DNA of 64,000 nt, from assembly GCA_964016885.1 (NCBI GenBank), contig OZ024745.1:35898001-35962000 (forward strand). The letters are read 5' to 3'. The DNA comes from Eledone cirrhosa. Lineage: Eukaryota. The notes below the pieces were generated by a model. It was given only the letters and a program-made list of their open reading frames with translations. It did not search any database and was not told where the DNA came from. The position numbers and the translations under genes are program-made. Positions 15,555 to 27,370 of this stretch are shown one piece after another (position 1 is the stretch's first letter; each line of letters begins with the position of its first letter).

Positions 15555-16028
15555 ATACTTTGGGAGGGTCATGTTGCCAATAAGAAACACACGCACCAGT
15601 TGCTTTCACTTCAATTTATTATATATTTATAAATTTATAAATTTACAAATCTACAAACTTATAAATTTCTGGTTGGTTGGTTGGTTCCACAACCAGATAG
15701 TTGTTTATATATAGTCATAGTCCTTTCGTCACACACTCTGTGACCTCTTTGGGATTCCTTTCTTTGTTTCTGTGCCTTTCGGTTCTTCTGTCCTACGCCA
15801 TTTTGTTTCTGTGTGTGTGTTGTGTGCTCAGTTTGCTCATGCGCCACATCCGGGTGTCTGTGTGTGTTTGTGTTCATTTATCAATTTGTTTATTTATTTA
15901 TTTATTTATTGTCGGTTGGTTGTTTGTTCTATGTGTGTGTGTGTTTTCATTTTGTCCTTAAGTATAACAATATCGGTTTCAACACACGATTTCAGATAAG
16001 AATCTTGCTAAACAAATTCAGAAACGAA

Positions 16029-16223
<195 letters not shown>

Positions 16224-16645
16224 GCTTTCCAAGAACAAATGTTGTATTTATAGCTCTTTTCAGGTGGTAGGAGATGGTGGGGAGTGGAATAGGTAGAGGT
16301 CATTGGTTATAGAAAGGGAATTCATTAAAAGCTAATTCTTTAATGCTATAATTTATATTTAGAGTGACAAAGGCAGAAAGAGATCTATAAACTAGTTCAG
16401 AATGGGGTTCCACTCCTTATTTTTAAGTTTCTCTTAAGCTAACAATGCCTATATTTCAGGGGTCTATAAGATCGTTGGGGGTCGGTCATGGTTGATGGAT
16501 TTAAAGAAAAGGTAAATTCTTTAAAAGCTAATTCTTTAAAGTTCTACTTAGAGTGACAAAGGCCAAGAGAATTCTATAAACCAGTTCAAAATATTGGGTG
16601 CCTATCATATCATTATCTTCAAATTTCCCTCCAGCTATATTCCAG

Positions 16646-16744
<99 letters not shown>

Positions 16745-16821
16745 CAAAGGGATATTCAATTTGTTGGTATTTCAACAAATATATATATTTATAACTGATT
16801 CGAAGCATTTATTAATATCAT

Positions 16822-16873
<52 letters not shown>

Positions 16874-16881
16874 CTATATAT

Positions 16882-17032
16882 ATAATTGTTTCTACTTTAG
16901 GCACAAGGCCAGCAATTACCCAGTGCATTACTGGTACTTTATTTTATCGACCCCGTAAGGATGAAAGGCAAAGTCAACCTCGGCGGGATTTGAACTCAGA
17001 TCGTAAAGGGACGTAACTATGCTGGAAAGCAT
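16882..17032 (-). mobile_element. 5'-truncated SINE family A with 16-bp TSD
   Basis: TTTCTATATATATAAT at 16871-16886 and 17035-17050; near-identical to the copy at 32170. Confidence 0.85.
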
Positions 17033-17042
17033 AGTTTCTATA

Positions 17043-17325
17043 TATATAATGAAGGAGGTGTGGTGAGGAACCAGATGGACCATAACACACCAGAGTACTC
17101 AATACTTAGGGTAGTAGAGTGGGTAATAGGGACATGTTTGACCCAGACGACAGAGCTCAAGCCGTTTCGACGGCTATTTCTGGACTCAAATAGCCGTCAA
17201 AAAGGCTTTAGCTCTGCCGTCGGGGTCAAACATGTTCCTATTACCCACTCTACTACCCTAAGTATTGAGTACTCTGGTGTGTTATGGTCCATCTGGTTCC
17301 TCACCACACCTCCTTCGTTATATAT
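17043..17325. mobile_element. Fold-back copy of the 36755-37448 family (3' half of the HHR plus terminus)
   Basis: ~135-bp arms at 17043-17178 and 17187-17325; homologous to 36755-36892. Confidence 0.85.
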
Positions 17326-17915
17326 ATATATACAATATATATATAGGTGTATGCTTGCAAGAAAGATTGCCTCCGTAGGCGGTATGCCGGGTGAGCACTC
17401 AATGCTCGCGCTGAGCAAAGTATAATACTATAAGAATAAAGAAACACATATTCAGTGTTGCATCATAACATTAAATAACATATTACATATGTTTCACTAT
17501 GGATCAGCTCGGGGAATGACCTAATATTGACCGAATCTGACTCTATTATCGAAAGATCATCATATATCATTCCTATGTCATCCCATCTCCGATTCTATGC
17601 GTGAAATTACTCGGTTAGTAGATATATACAGCGCATTCTAACAAGGCGGTATTTTGCGTCCGCTCAATTTTCTCCTCACTTGTTGTTCCTCTTTAGTAGT
17701 TGTTCCTCTTTAATTCGCCAAAATGTACAAGTAACCCTGTGTCTGTCTGCTTTTATTCGCGTCCAATATGCCATGGAATAAATAATTTTACACATGATGG
17801 AATGAAACTAAAGATATTCCCGAAGGTTTTCCCGGGAAAAGTGATTGTCCGTTTTTCTGGTGTTTTATTCTAGTTTATTTCGTCCTGTGCCCTCTTCCTC
17901 TCTTAGCCATGCGTG

Positions 17916-17976
<61 letters not shown>

Positions 17977-18017
17977 ATATATATGTATATGTGTATATAT
18001 ATATATTTATATATATG

Positions 18018-18556
18018 TCGGGTCACTCTTGAGTGCTACTGGCAACATGTAACCCAGTACAACCTGTCGCATGGTCGGGTCGTCGGCGACTAAACCGGCA
18101 ACTCCACCAAGTTTACTTGGTGAAGAGCGTGATTTTGAACACCCTGCAGGACGAAAAACAAAACCTGACAAAGGGCGGAAGAACTCATAAGAGTCAACTG
18201 CCATCTGAAAGTGTGAAAATATGTATATACACATGTACCGCGCGGTTAAACCACTGGGAGTGAAGGAACCCTAGACTTTGTCAGGGCATTCTTCTAGGAG
18301 AAGGCAACTCAGGAAACTCGGATAACTACGATATAAAACCTGCGATCAGTAGTTACCGATGATGTTGATCTTTTCTTCTTTCGGGTTAGGTTATTACTAC
18401 TGTCGGCCAGAGAGTGGGATTGGCTCAGTGCACAGTTATTCCTCACTTTAAAAAATAACTTCACGCAGAGGCATTATACGATAGAATTAATAAATAATTA
18501 TTAATAATGGTATGTCGTGCAATGGCCATACTCGATAACGAGGGGGCAGCCATCAT
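18018..18556 (+). mobile_element. Probable RTE-derived non-autonomous retroposon
   Basis: GC-richer island containing CTAGGAGAAGGCAACTC..TAAAACC, resembling RTE-clade 5' UTR motifs as I recall them. No credible ORF; TA-flanked. Confidence 0.45.
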
Positions 18557-18600
18557 ATTTATATATATATATATATTTATACATATATATATATATATAT

Positions 18601-19262
18601 ACATTATGAAGAGAGAAGAAACATTTAGATATAATTAGTAATAAAATGTATCATACCTAAACTGCTCCTAGATTCCTCGACTACGTAGTTTCTGTGTGTT
18701 TCTAAATATATTGTTAATAACTCCCTCTGGTCGAGCAATCTTTGAAGTGTAGGGACTGCTGGAAAGCTTCCATTACTCATACTTCTCGCCTCCTTCACCA
18801 CCTCTTCTACGGCTCCGCCTCCGTGGTATTTTCTTCGGGGTTATAAGAGGCTTAGCTCTGTTTCTCGACCGTTATATCGCGTGAGTATCTCCCCCTCCGC
18901 CTTTTGGGATTCTTTCTCACGTCGTGTAGACGCGTTCTTGAGACTAGTAAAATGAGGTATGCTCTTGATAAGTCGGCAGACCTCGCAAGGACTCTATATC
19001 TTTATGATGTATTGTTTTTGTTTATGCCACGAAACTACGTAGTCGAGGAATCTAGGAGCAGTTTAGGTATGATACATTTTATTACTAATTATATCTAAAT
19101 GTTTCTTCTCTCTTCATAATGTATTTTTAACTCTGATACTGATTCAGTCTAGTTCAACCGGATTGGTCTGTCCCAGTCATTCATTGAGCAACATCGGTGA
19201 AGTTGGCACCCTTAACTCACGGTTGGGTGCGGATGCATTGTCCGCATGTATCTGTGTGTTTC

Positions 19263-19272
<10 letters not shown>
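18601..19272 (+). mobile_element. Retrozyme-like element: inverted arm (18601-18692) plus one 560-bp unit with short terminal redundancy
   Basis: TCTGTGTGTTTCTAAATATAT at 18691 and 19251; 18601-18692 is the reverse complement of 19031-19122. Confidence 0.8.
18962..19047 (+). ncRNA. Type I HHR with U3:A8 core variant
   Basis: CTC-TTGATAA-GTcGGCA..TGCCAC-GAAA-CTACGTAG-TC-GAG. Confidence 0.65.
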
Positions 19273-19327
<55 letters not shown>

Positions 19328-19405
19328 TAAAATAACAGATAAATATATATATATATATATATATAATTCTAAAATATGGAGAAGGAGCACACGAGTTCGA
19401 ATATA

Positions 19406-19558
<153 letters not shown>

Positions 19559-20272
19559 AAAATAGGGAAAAAAAGACGATTATTAGGACGAAAAATAATT
19601 TTTTTTCCTTTTATTTTTTTCTCTTTTTTCTGGGTTAGAAAATGTTTAAAACAAAATATTTTACTTTGTGTGAAGTGTTAAGGTATTAGTTAATTTATTT
19701 ATTAATTAACAATGACATTTATTTATTTATTTATATATTTAATAATTGTGTATTACCGGTTTCAGCATTTTATGCATTATGTACCAACCAAGCGCTCCTG
19801 CCATAATAACAAATTTTGAACTGCTTATCCTCAAGAACTATGCCTGTAAATAATATTATTCTTTCGTTCCCATTACCTTATCATGTTCCACATCACACCC
19901 TTTTTTTTCTTTTTTCTTTTTACTTCAAAAACCTTGTTTGCAAATAATATTATTCTTCCTGTCCCATTTCCTTAACATGTTCATCATCAAATTATTTTCC
20001 CTCCAACATTTTATACCAATACAATTTCCCCCTTTGATAATGCATAACATGCATGTAGTGGGTAAGCGGTTGTATGATTGAACCGGTCGTGTCTTGTCGC
20101 AGCCCTGTAGACTCCCACACCCGTGTCTAATATCGAGCTGGTCCCCAGAGAAACGATTGTGATATGTCTTATAAATATTATTCGTCGCACCACTGATTCT
20201 CCGTTTCTTATGTAAGATCATCGAGTGCTCAAACGGCACACTGACTACCGACGCTTTAAGCATCCCACTCCA

Positions 20273-20311
<39 letters not shown>

Positions 20312-20371
20312 GAAAGGTATAGAAAATATTGTATCAAAAAGCCAACAGTATACCATAATATATATATATAT

Positions 20372-21028
20372 ATATATAGATAATTTAATATATCAACCAA
20401 CATAAGCGCACAGATGTACGCTAATGCCAGCAAATACACAGGTTATGTCATAGTACCTAGGTGGTTCAATGCAGGAGGATGCAGAACAATAATATAAAAG
20501 ACGTAAAATAAGAAAATCTTTTAAAAATTAAAAAAAAAAAAATGTTAACTTACTTACTTAAATTTTCACTCCAACTAATTAGTTTCTGCAATGGGATAAA
20601 GACAGTTACGTAATCTAACTGTCGAGAATTCATTGCGTCATCAGGGAGTCAATTCTCAGCTAAGTCTCCAGGCAATGCGCGGACACTGGCGGCTCATATA
20701 AAAATAATAATAATTCGGTAGATGGAGCAGCTAGCGGGGACTGAATTCCATGCACTGAAATCCTCACTGCCTCTAGTCAAATGGCCGATTCTAAAGAATC
20801 AATCACGTGACACAGAGGCTAGTCAGTAGCAATGGGATGGTAAGATGACAGACGCCTACTAACACCCCCAAAAAAATTTTAGAAGTGGTTTTGGCAGGTT
20901 TGCTCGACAAATCATGGATTTGGAGATACATATAGATAATTTAATATATCAACCACCATAAGCGCACATATGTACGCTAATGCCAGAAAATACACAGGTT
21001 ATATCATAGTACTTATTTTACGTCTTTT
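20372..21028 (-). mobile_element. Retrozyme-like element (~555-bp unit, diverged relative of 47971-48787)
   Basis: 20375-20457 repeats at 20931-21011; 21012-21028 is an inverted copy of 20495-20511; collinear homology to the 48-kb element. Confidence 0.8.
20568..20649 (-). ncRNA. Type I HHR with long stem II
   Basis: ACTCC-CTGATGA-cGCAATG..CATTGCa-GAAA-CTAATTAG-TT-GGAGT. Confidence 0.8.
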
Positions 21029-22632
21029 AGTTTAGCGATGTGGGTTTTAATGTTTAGTGAGAAAGGGGGGGCAAACCAAATTATGTTCCTAGTTCTATTT
21101 CTTTTTTGGCCTTTGGAATTATTGTAATGCTTTCTATTATAGTTGTTAAGGTTGTTGCCGTAATTAAAAAAGTTGTTACTTTGTTTAGTTTGTCTATCAT
21201 TATCTATGTACACAATCTTATCAGCATATCCTGCTCTAGCTAATGCTTCATTATAGTATTGGGCCTTTTCGTCGAAAATCTTTCTATTCGACGAGATCCT
21301 AGAGATACGTTTTTGAACAGAGTTTACAATAGTGTTTTTGACAGATCTGGGGTGGTTAGAGTTAAAGTTGACATAGTTTAAGTTTTCATTCAACTTGTGA
21401 AAAGGATAGTGGAGACATGTGTTGAGATTTAATGTTATATCTAGGAAATTGACTATTCTATGGTTGTTCTCAATTTCTATTTTAAGATTAAAGTAATTAA
21501 AAAATTTTGTAATTTGTTTACATTTTCTATTTAGTTCAGGGTTATTATTATTAATAAGTAAAAGCATGTCATCTCTATATAGACCTCCGGTAGTACCAGG
21601 TATTTTCCTATGTAGCGAATTGATTAAAAATAAGCCCACAAGGTCAGTTACCTGAGCTGAGTCGGATGATCCCATAGTTATATCAAAATTGCTATCTCTA
21701 TCTGCTCTGGTCCATAATTTGTCATTAAATTCTATCAAAGTTTTCCTAGCCGATAATATAATATGCATTTCTTTGCTAGTTAGGTCAGTATGTTTGAATG
21801 CGTAATTTAGTGCCTTATTTAGTAGACTAGGGGTAATAGAAGAATAATAGTTAGCTATATCAAGTTGAATAAACCTATTATTATTGTTATATTTAATTTG
21901 CTTAAACCACTCAACAACCTCTCCAGTTCCCTTCCACAAGCTCAGGTTAGATACACAATCCAAGTTCTTAATTTGCTTTATCACCCTGTCAAGAATGTTT
22001 TTGCTTAATTTGCCCAGGTCCGATTTTGATGGTGCGATCAATCTAACTGGCAGGTCATTTTCAAAATTCCTCTTGTGATCCTTCATATTGATCTTCGGTT
22101 TCCTGGGCACGAAAGGTTGTGTTCTGTTCTCAATTTCCAACTCGTGCATTATACAAGATGCTTCGACATTCATTTTCTCAAGTTCGGCCTTATCTGCTAC
22201 CTTGTACTTTTTCCTCAGCTCTTTCAGTATGAGGCCATTATACATGTCTTTCTGCACTCCATAGAGGTTGTTGGTCTTGTCAGATTTCACCAAGATCTTC
22301 TCAGTTTTCTCTAAGCTCTCAATGTTATCCTTAATGCCTTTCAGATATTCCTGGCCTTTGAAGTTTCTCTTGAATTTGACCCCTTGTATGATAGAAATTA
22401 TATCGTTTTCAAAGTCAGATAAAAGTTTGTTAGGGGGTGGATTTCTTTTAGATTTGAAAACTTTGTTTAAGTCCGAGACATTTTCGTTTGCATTAGATTT
22501 ATCAAAGTGGAATGCACGCCACCTGATTCTCCCTATAAAAGAGTCAGATTTATCTATTAATTGTTTTATAAAGTCTATGTTTCTAGGTAGAGGTATGTCT
22601 TTTAGAGAGGAAGTAATCTTAAAGAATTCCAT
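21013..22632 (-). CDS. PLE reverse transcriptase, N-terminal ~535 aa of the element ORF
   Basis: Motifs SLKDIPLP, RIRWRAF, KSDKTNN, IQLDIANYYSSI, TMGSSDSAQVTDLVG, LYRDD, NFLDITL, SNHP. The last four residues derive from the adjoining repeat. Confidence 0.93.
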   Translation of the reverse strand: MEFFKITSSLKDIPLPRNIDFIKQLIDKSDSFIGRIRWRAFHFDKSNANENVSDLNKVFKSKRNPPPNKLLSDFENDIISIIQGVKFKRNFKGQEYLKGIKDNIESLEKTEKILVKSDKTNNLYGVQKDMYNGLILKELRKKYKVADKAELEKMNVEASCIMHELEIENRTQPFVPRKPKINMKDHKRNFENDLPVRLIAPSKSDLGKLSKNILDRVIKQIKNLDCVSNLSLWKGTGEVVEWFKQIKYNNNNRFIQLDIANYYSSITPSLLNKALNYAFKHTDLTSKEMHIILSARKTLIEFNDKLWTRADRDSNFDITMGSSDSAQVTDLVGLFLINSLHRKIPGTTGGLYRDDMLLLINNNNPELNRKCKQITKFFNYFNLKIEIENNHRIVNFLDITLNLNTCLHYPFHKLNENLNYVNFNSNHPRSVKNTIVNSVQKRISRISSNRKIFDEKAQYYNEALARAGYADKIVYIDNDRQTKQSNNFFNYGNNLNNYNRKHYNNSKGQKRNRTRNIIWFAPPFSLNIKTHIAKLKDVK

Positions 22633-22768
22633 TTTTCCAGTTATAATATAAAGCGCTCAACAGTATTGGAGCAAGATACATGGAAAGTTATATTTAAAAT
22701 TGTTGGGTTACAACTAGTAAATATTTATAACTGATATAAAAGCACTCCACAAATATTTGGAGTATATT

Positions 22769-23689
22769 TACAATATTAAATAAATGGAAACTATATTTAT
22801 AAAACCATATTTATTTCATTATATATATTTCGGGGATATCATATTAACAATATGCTATGCCTTCCTCAGACAAAATACAATATAAACAGTTTTATAGATA
22901 AATAGATTCGACATACCGTCACAACACCGACTTGCATTTGGAGAGGTTGAGCTGGCAGTGAAAAAATTTTACACAGAGAGAAAGAAAGAGAGAAAGAAGA
23001 AAGAAAGACAGAAAACGAAGAAAAGGAAGAAAAAGAAGAAATGCATGGAGCAAAGTAGAGAGATGGAGAGATAGATAAGGAGAAGAGCTTCATGTAAAGA
23101 AACAGAAAGGGATATATATATATAGAGAGAGAGGAAATAGAGATAGATACATATATATATAGAAAATTAGGTAGTGGGAGGTCAGTTGAGTAAATGTATC
23201 AATGGTACATTTATTTATTTATTTATTTATTTATTTAGCTCTAGTATTAATGTAAGGGAAATATATAGAGAGAGAAAGAATATAGAAAAAAATAGCGAGA
23301 GAAAAATTTAAAAAATAGCCAGATATATTCGAGGCGTAAAAAACCCTATGTTTTAATGTATTAGTATTTATAAAACTTCCACTATATTGTAAATATCAGT
23401 AATTCCTGAATGAGACAAGTATCCATAGTGTGTGAAAATTAATTATCTTATGTTTAGTTTTTTTAAAAAATTCATATGTTTATGTGATAGCTACAAACAT
23501 GTGAATCCACATGATCAACTCTGCAAACTCTAAGTTCACGGAAAACATTCTCAATGTGGTATAAAACTTTGAGTATACAAATATGTGTATTATTATTCCT
23601 GTCTTTACTCTACAAGATTATCTATCAAGCAGAAATAGAGAGCAGATTTCAATATACTAATAAAAATATATATCAGAAACAAAACTAAA
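22769..23689 (-). repeat. pLTR copy 1 (~920 bp)
   Basis: Near-identical reverse complement of 24814-25738. Confidence 0.92.
22812..22877 (-). ncRNA. Minimal type I HHR in pLTR, ~180 nt upstream of the ATG
   Basis: Identical to 25630-25695. Confidence 0.75.
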
Positions 23690-24323
23690 CATTAAAACCC
23701 ACATCGCTAAACTATTTTTCAAAGCTCTTGATAATCACTTCCCTAGAACACATAGGTATCACTCAATTTTCAATAGGCATACAATTAAATTAACCTACTC
23801 ATCCACCAAAAATTTAGCACAAAATATTAATAGAATAAATAATAGGAACTTAAAACCTAGTGATAATAGCATAAATAATATACAAGTTAACAAATGTAAC
23901 TGTAGAGATAGATCTAAATGTCCGTTAAATAACAACTGCTTAGTTAAAAATATAGTATACAATTGTAATGTTAATACTGACTCTAATTCTTTTAACTACG
24001 TCGGTTCCACATCGACGGAATTTAAACTTCGCTATAATAACCACAAGAATTCTTTCACAGATCCAAGCAAAAAATCTTCAACGGCACTATCAGGCGTACT
24101 CTGGCAACTTAAGCTAGATAACGTTAGATATTCGACGGCTTGGAATATAGTCTCAAGAGGGATTCCTTTTAATTCATCCTCTGAGACATGTGACCTCTGC
24201 GCAGAGGAGATATTCTTTATACTAAAATCTAAAAATTCCCTTAATCTACGGACAAATTTATTCAGTTGTTGCAAACATAGATTAAACTCAACGTTTAAAT
24301 ATAAATTTAAATTTAAAATGTAG
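23685..24323 (+). CDS. PLE linker + GIY-YIG endonuclease, stop-free 212-aa frame without its own start codon
   Basis: Manual translation LNIKTHIAKLFFKALDNHFP..CNCRDRSKCPLNNNC..IVY..YVGST..FKLRYNNH..CDLCAEE..CCKH..KM*. The Cys motifs match Naiad-type endonucleases. Confidence 0.9.
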   Translation, partial: LNIKTHIAKLFFKALDNHFPRTHRYHSIFNRHTIKLTYSSTKNLAQNINRINNRNLKPSDNSINNIQVNKCNCRDRSKCPLNNNCLVKNIVYNCNVNTDSNSFNYVGSTSTEFKLRYNNHKNSFTDPSKKSSTALSGVLWQLKLDNVRYSTAWNIVSRGIPFNSSSETCDLCAEEIFFILKSKNSLNLRTNLFSCCKHRLNSTFKYKFKFKM

Positions 24324-24813
24324 TATATTTAGTTTGTTTTATATTTATATGGGAAACTAGCCGATAAATCTTTGATTCCTTCTTTTTATTCTTTTTATTG
24401 TTTATTTTTATTTTATTTTTATTTAAACATTCCTCATGAAAAATTAAGCTACCCTAAAAGCTGATGCTCCAAATATTTTGAATAAACCTTACACTAGATA
24501 AACCTCTATATTATATATAAGTACACATGTAGACCATTTTGGGCATCATAAACTTTTTGAAATGATCTTTGCTAGATGTGATTTGATGGATAATTTTTGG
24601 CTTTGTCTGTTTTTCGACTCTGATGCTTATAATGAACTTGGCAATATATTGTCAACTAATTTTGAAGGGTTTATCTTTGTGGTTTATTTTTATTTTTTAT
24701 TATTGTAGTATTTTCTAATATTTTTTATTTTTATTTTTAATATCTTTAATATGTAAATTTTTTAATATGTAATATTTTTAATATGTAATATTCTTTCGTA
24801 ATATTTTTATTTT

Positions 24814-25265
24814 TTTAGTTTTGTTTCTGATATATATTTTTATTAGTATATTGAAATCTGCTCTCTATTTCTGCTTGATAGATAATCTTGTAGAGTAAAG
24901 ACAGGAATAATAATACACATATTTGTATACTCAAAGTTTTATACCACATTGAGAATGTTTTCCGTGAACTTAGAGTTTGCAGAGTTGATCATGTGGATTC
25001 ACATGTTTGTAGCTATCACATAAACATATGAATTTTTTTAAAAAACTAAACATAAGATAATTAATTTTCACACACTATGGATACTTGTCTCATTCAGGAA
25101 TTACTGATATTTACAATATAGTGGAAGTTTTATAAATACTAATACATTAAAACATAGGGTTTTTTACGCCTCGAATATATCTGGCTATTTTTTAAATTTT
25201 TCTCTCGCTATTTTTTTCTATATTCTTTCTCTCTCTATATATTTCCCTTACATTAATACTAGAGC

Positions 25266-25296
<31 letters not shown>

Positions 25297-25732
25297 ATGT
25301 ACCATTGATACATTTACTCAACTGACCTCCCACTACCTAATTTTCTATATATATATGTATCTATCTCTATTTCCTCTCTCTATTTATATATATATCCCTT
25401 TCTGTTTCTTTACATGAAGCTCTTCTCCTTATCTATCTCTCCATCTCTCTACTTTGCTCCATGCATTTCTTCTTTTTCTTCCTTTTCTTCGTTTTCTGTC
25501 TTTCTTTCTTCTTTCTCTCTTTCTTTCTCTCTGTGTAAAATGTTTTCACTGCCAGCTCAACCTCTCCAAATTCAAGTCGGTGTTGTTACGGTATGTCGAA
25601 TCTATTTATCTATAAAACTGTTTATATTGTATTTTGTCTGAGGAAGGCATAGCATATTGTTAATATGATATCCCCGAAATATATATAATGAAATAAATAT
25701 GGTTTTATAAATATAGTTTCCATTTATTTAAT

Positions 25733-25738
<6 letters not shown>
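24814..25738 (+). repeat. pLTR copy 2 (~920 bp)
   Basis: Near-identical reverse complement of 22769-23689. Confidence 0.92.
25630..25695 (+). ncRNA. Minimal type I HHR in pLTR
   Basis: TATTTTGT-CTGAGGA-aGG..CATATT gtt AATATG..CCc-GAAA-TATATA-TA-ATGAAATA. Confidence 0.75.
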
Positions 25739-25817
<79 letters not shown>

Positions 25818-25894
25818 GTATATATATCTATATCTATGTATATATATATATATCTATGTATATATATATATGTATGTATATATATATATATATG

Positions 25895-25999
<105 letters not shown>

Positions 26000-27099
26000 C
26001 GGAATATAGTGTTAATAGTATGTTAGGGATGTAGAGGCTTTGCCTCCTGATGGTAGGCTTGTAGTCGTCTGTACAAATAATAGTAGCACACTAGTGATAC
26101 GTAGACTTAGTAATGTCGTAGTTTTGATAATAGCACATGTACTATATTCTCAAGGAACTAAAGGAACATAAATGAAACTTGTCAAGATAGAGAATCTACG
26201 AAAATATTGAAACAGAAAGACTCATTCGCGTTATCCTTGTTTTTCAAATGTCCCTTCCATTTGCCGTCTATTGCCTCATTTCATCCCCCCCCTCTTCTTT
26301 TTTATTTCGTAATTATAAGGGGCATTAGATTCATTCTCTAGACTGTCATGCTCTACCAGCTTTTAACAAACGTTAATTTTTTTTTAGATAAATAAATAAA
26401 AAGATAGACAGATAGCGAAATATAGTGTAGTGTTTCAGATATGCAGTATTAATGATGCTGTTGTTGTGTAGATATGGTGGTGTTGATGTGCTATATTCGG
26501 TATGTAAAGTGGGGTAGTTTTGTTGTTTTTTAGTGATATGTATTATAATGTTAATGGTATATGTATATATATCTCCACAGACTGACTAATCTATAAAATA
26601 ATACCAGACTGAAGCAATTACTGAGGTCGATATGATATCGACGAAAAATATAAAGATTGATTTTTCTTTTCGATCTGAATATATTAAAATAACTTGTATT
26701 AGGATCAATATATATTGAACTTTATTTCTATAGTTAATATTAAGAAAATACAATTATGTTAGTATTTGTTATATTTTTAAACCATATTTATTCAAAATTA
26801 TATATAGATTTATAATAGTTTCTAAACACCAATCAAGAAAAAAAAGAAATATTTAATATAAAGACCATCTGGACTACATTTAATATTGCTTCGAATTCAC
26901 AAACGAAAACGTTGGTGATTTAGAGCCAAGGTATCACATAAAAATATTGCCAACATTTCTGCAGAGGCAATACAACATCTAAATAATTAAAAACATAACA
27001 CCTGTCATGGGGAAAATTCATTACAGGTTTAGAAACAAATTCTATAAAATATTTAAAATGTAAAATACACTTTCGTTAAAACAATATAGAAATATTTTT

Positions 27100-27370
27100 T
27101 TTATTCTTTAAGACTTTCAGTCATTAGACTGCAGACATGTTGAGGTACCGATAGGATTTAGTCGTGTCTTCCTCCTTCCCTTTTTTCAAGAATGGTACTT
27201 ATTTCATCGATCACCTCTCGTAGAATCACTAGTTTACCCGACTTAGACACAAACAAATATTTAAACGAATGAACACACAACCGATGGGCTTCACAGAAGA
27301 CACATGAACAGTTGCACCGAAGCATGACTGAACCTAAATTGACATGTTTGCTAACTCTTTAACCACTCAT
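27100..27370 (-). mobile_element. Old decayed SINE
   Basis: Contains TTTCAGTCATTAGACTGC, GGTACTTATTTCATCGA (reverse of the family A central domain) and TTAACCACTC (reverse A box). Confidence 0.45.

Larger units (their letters stand above)
21029..25738. mobile_element. Naiad-type Penelope-like element with large 5' inversion
   Basis: Minus segment 21029-23689 (pLTR, 5' UTR, RT) is joined to plus segment 23684-25738 (endonuclease, 3' UTR, pLTR); ends in (TA)n. Confidence 0.9.

Noticed and set aside
22866-25641. Duplicated 75-aa ORF MKLFSLSIS..
   Set aside because: Arises from the CT-rich part of the two pLTR copies; no coding evidence.
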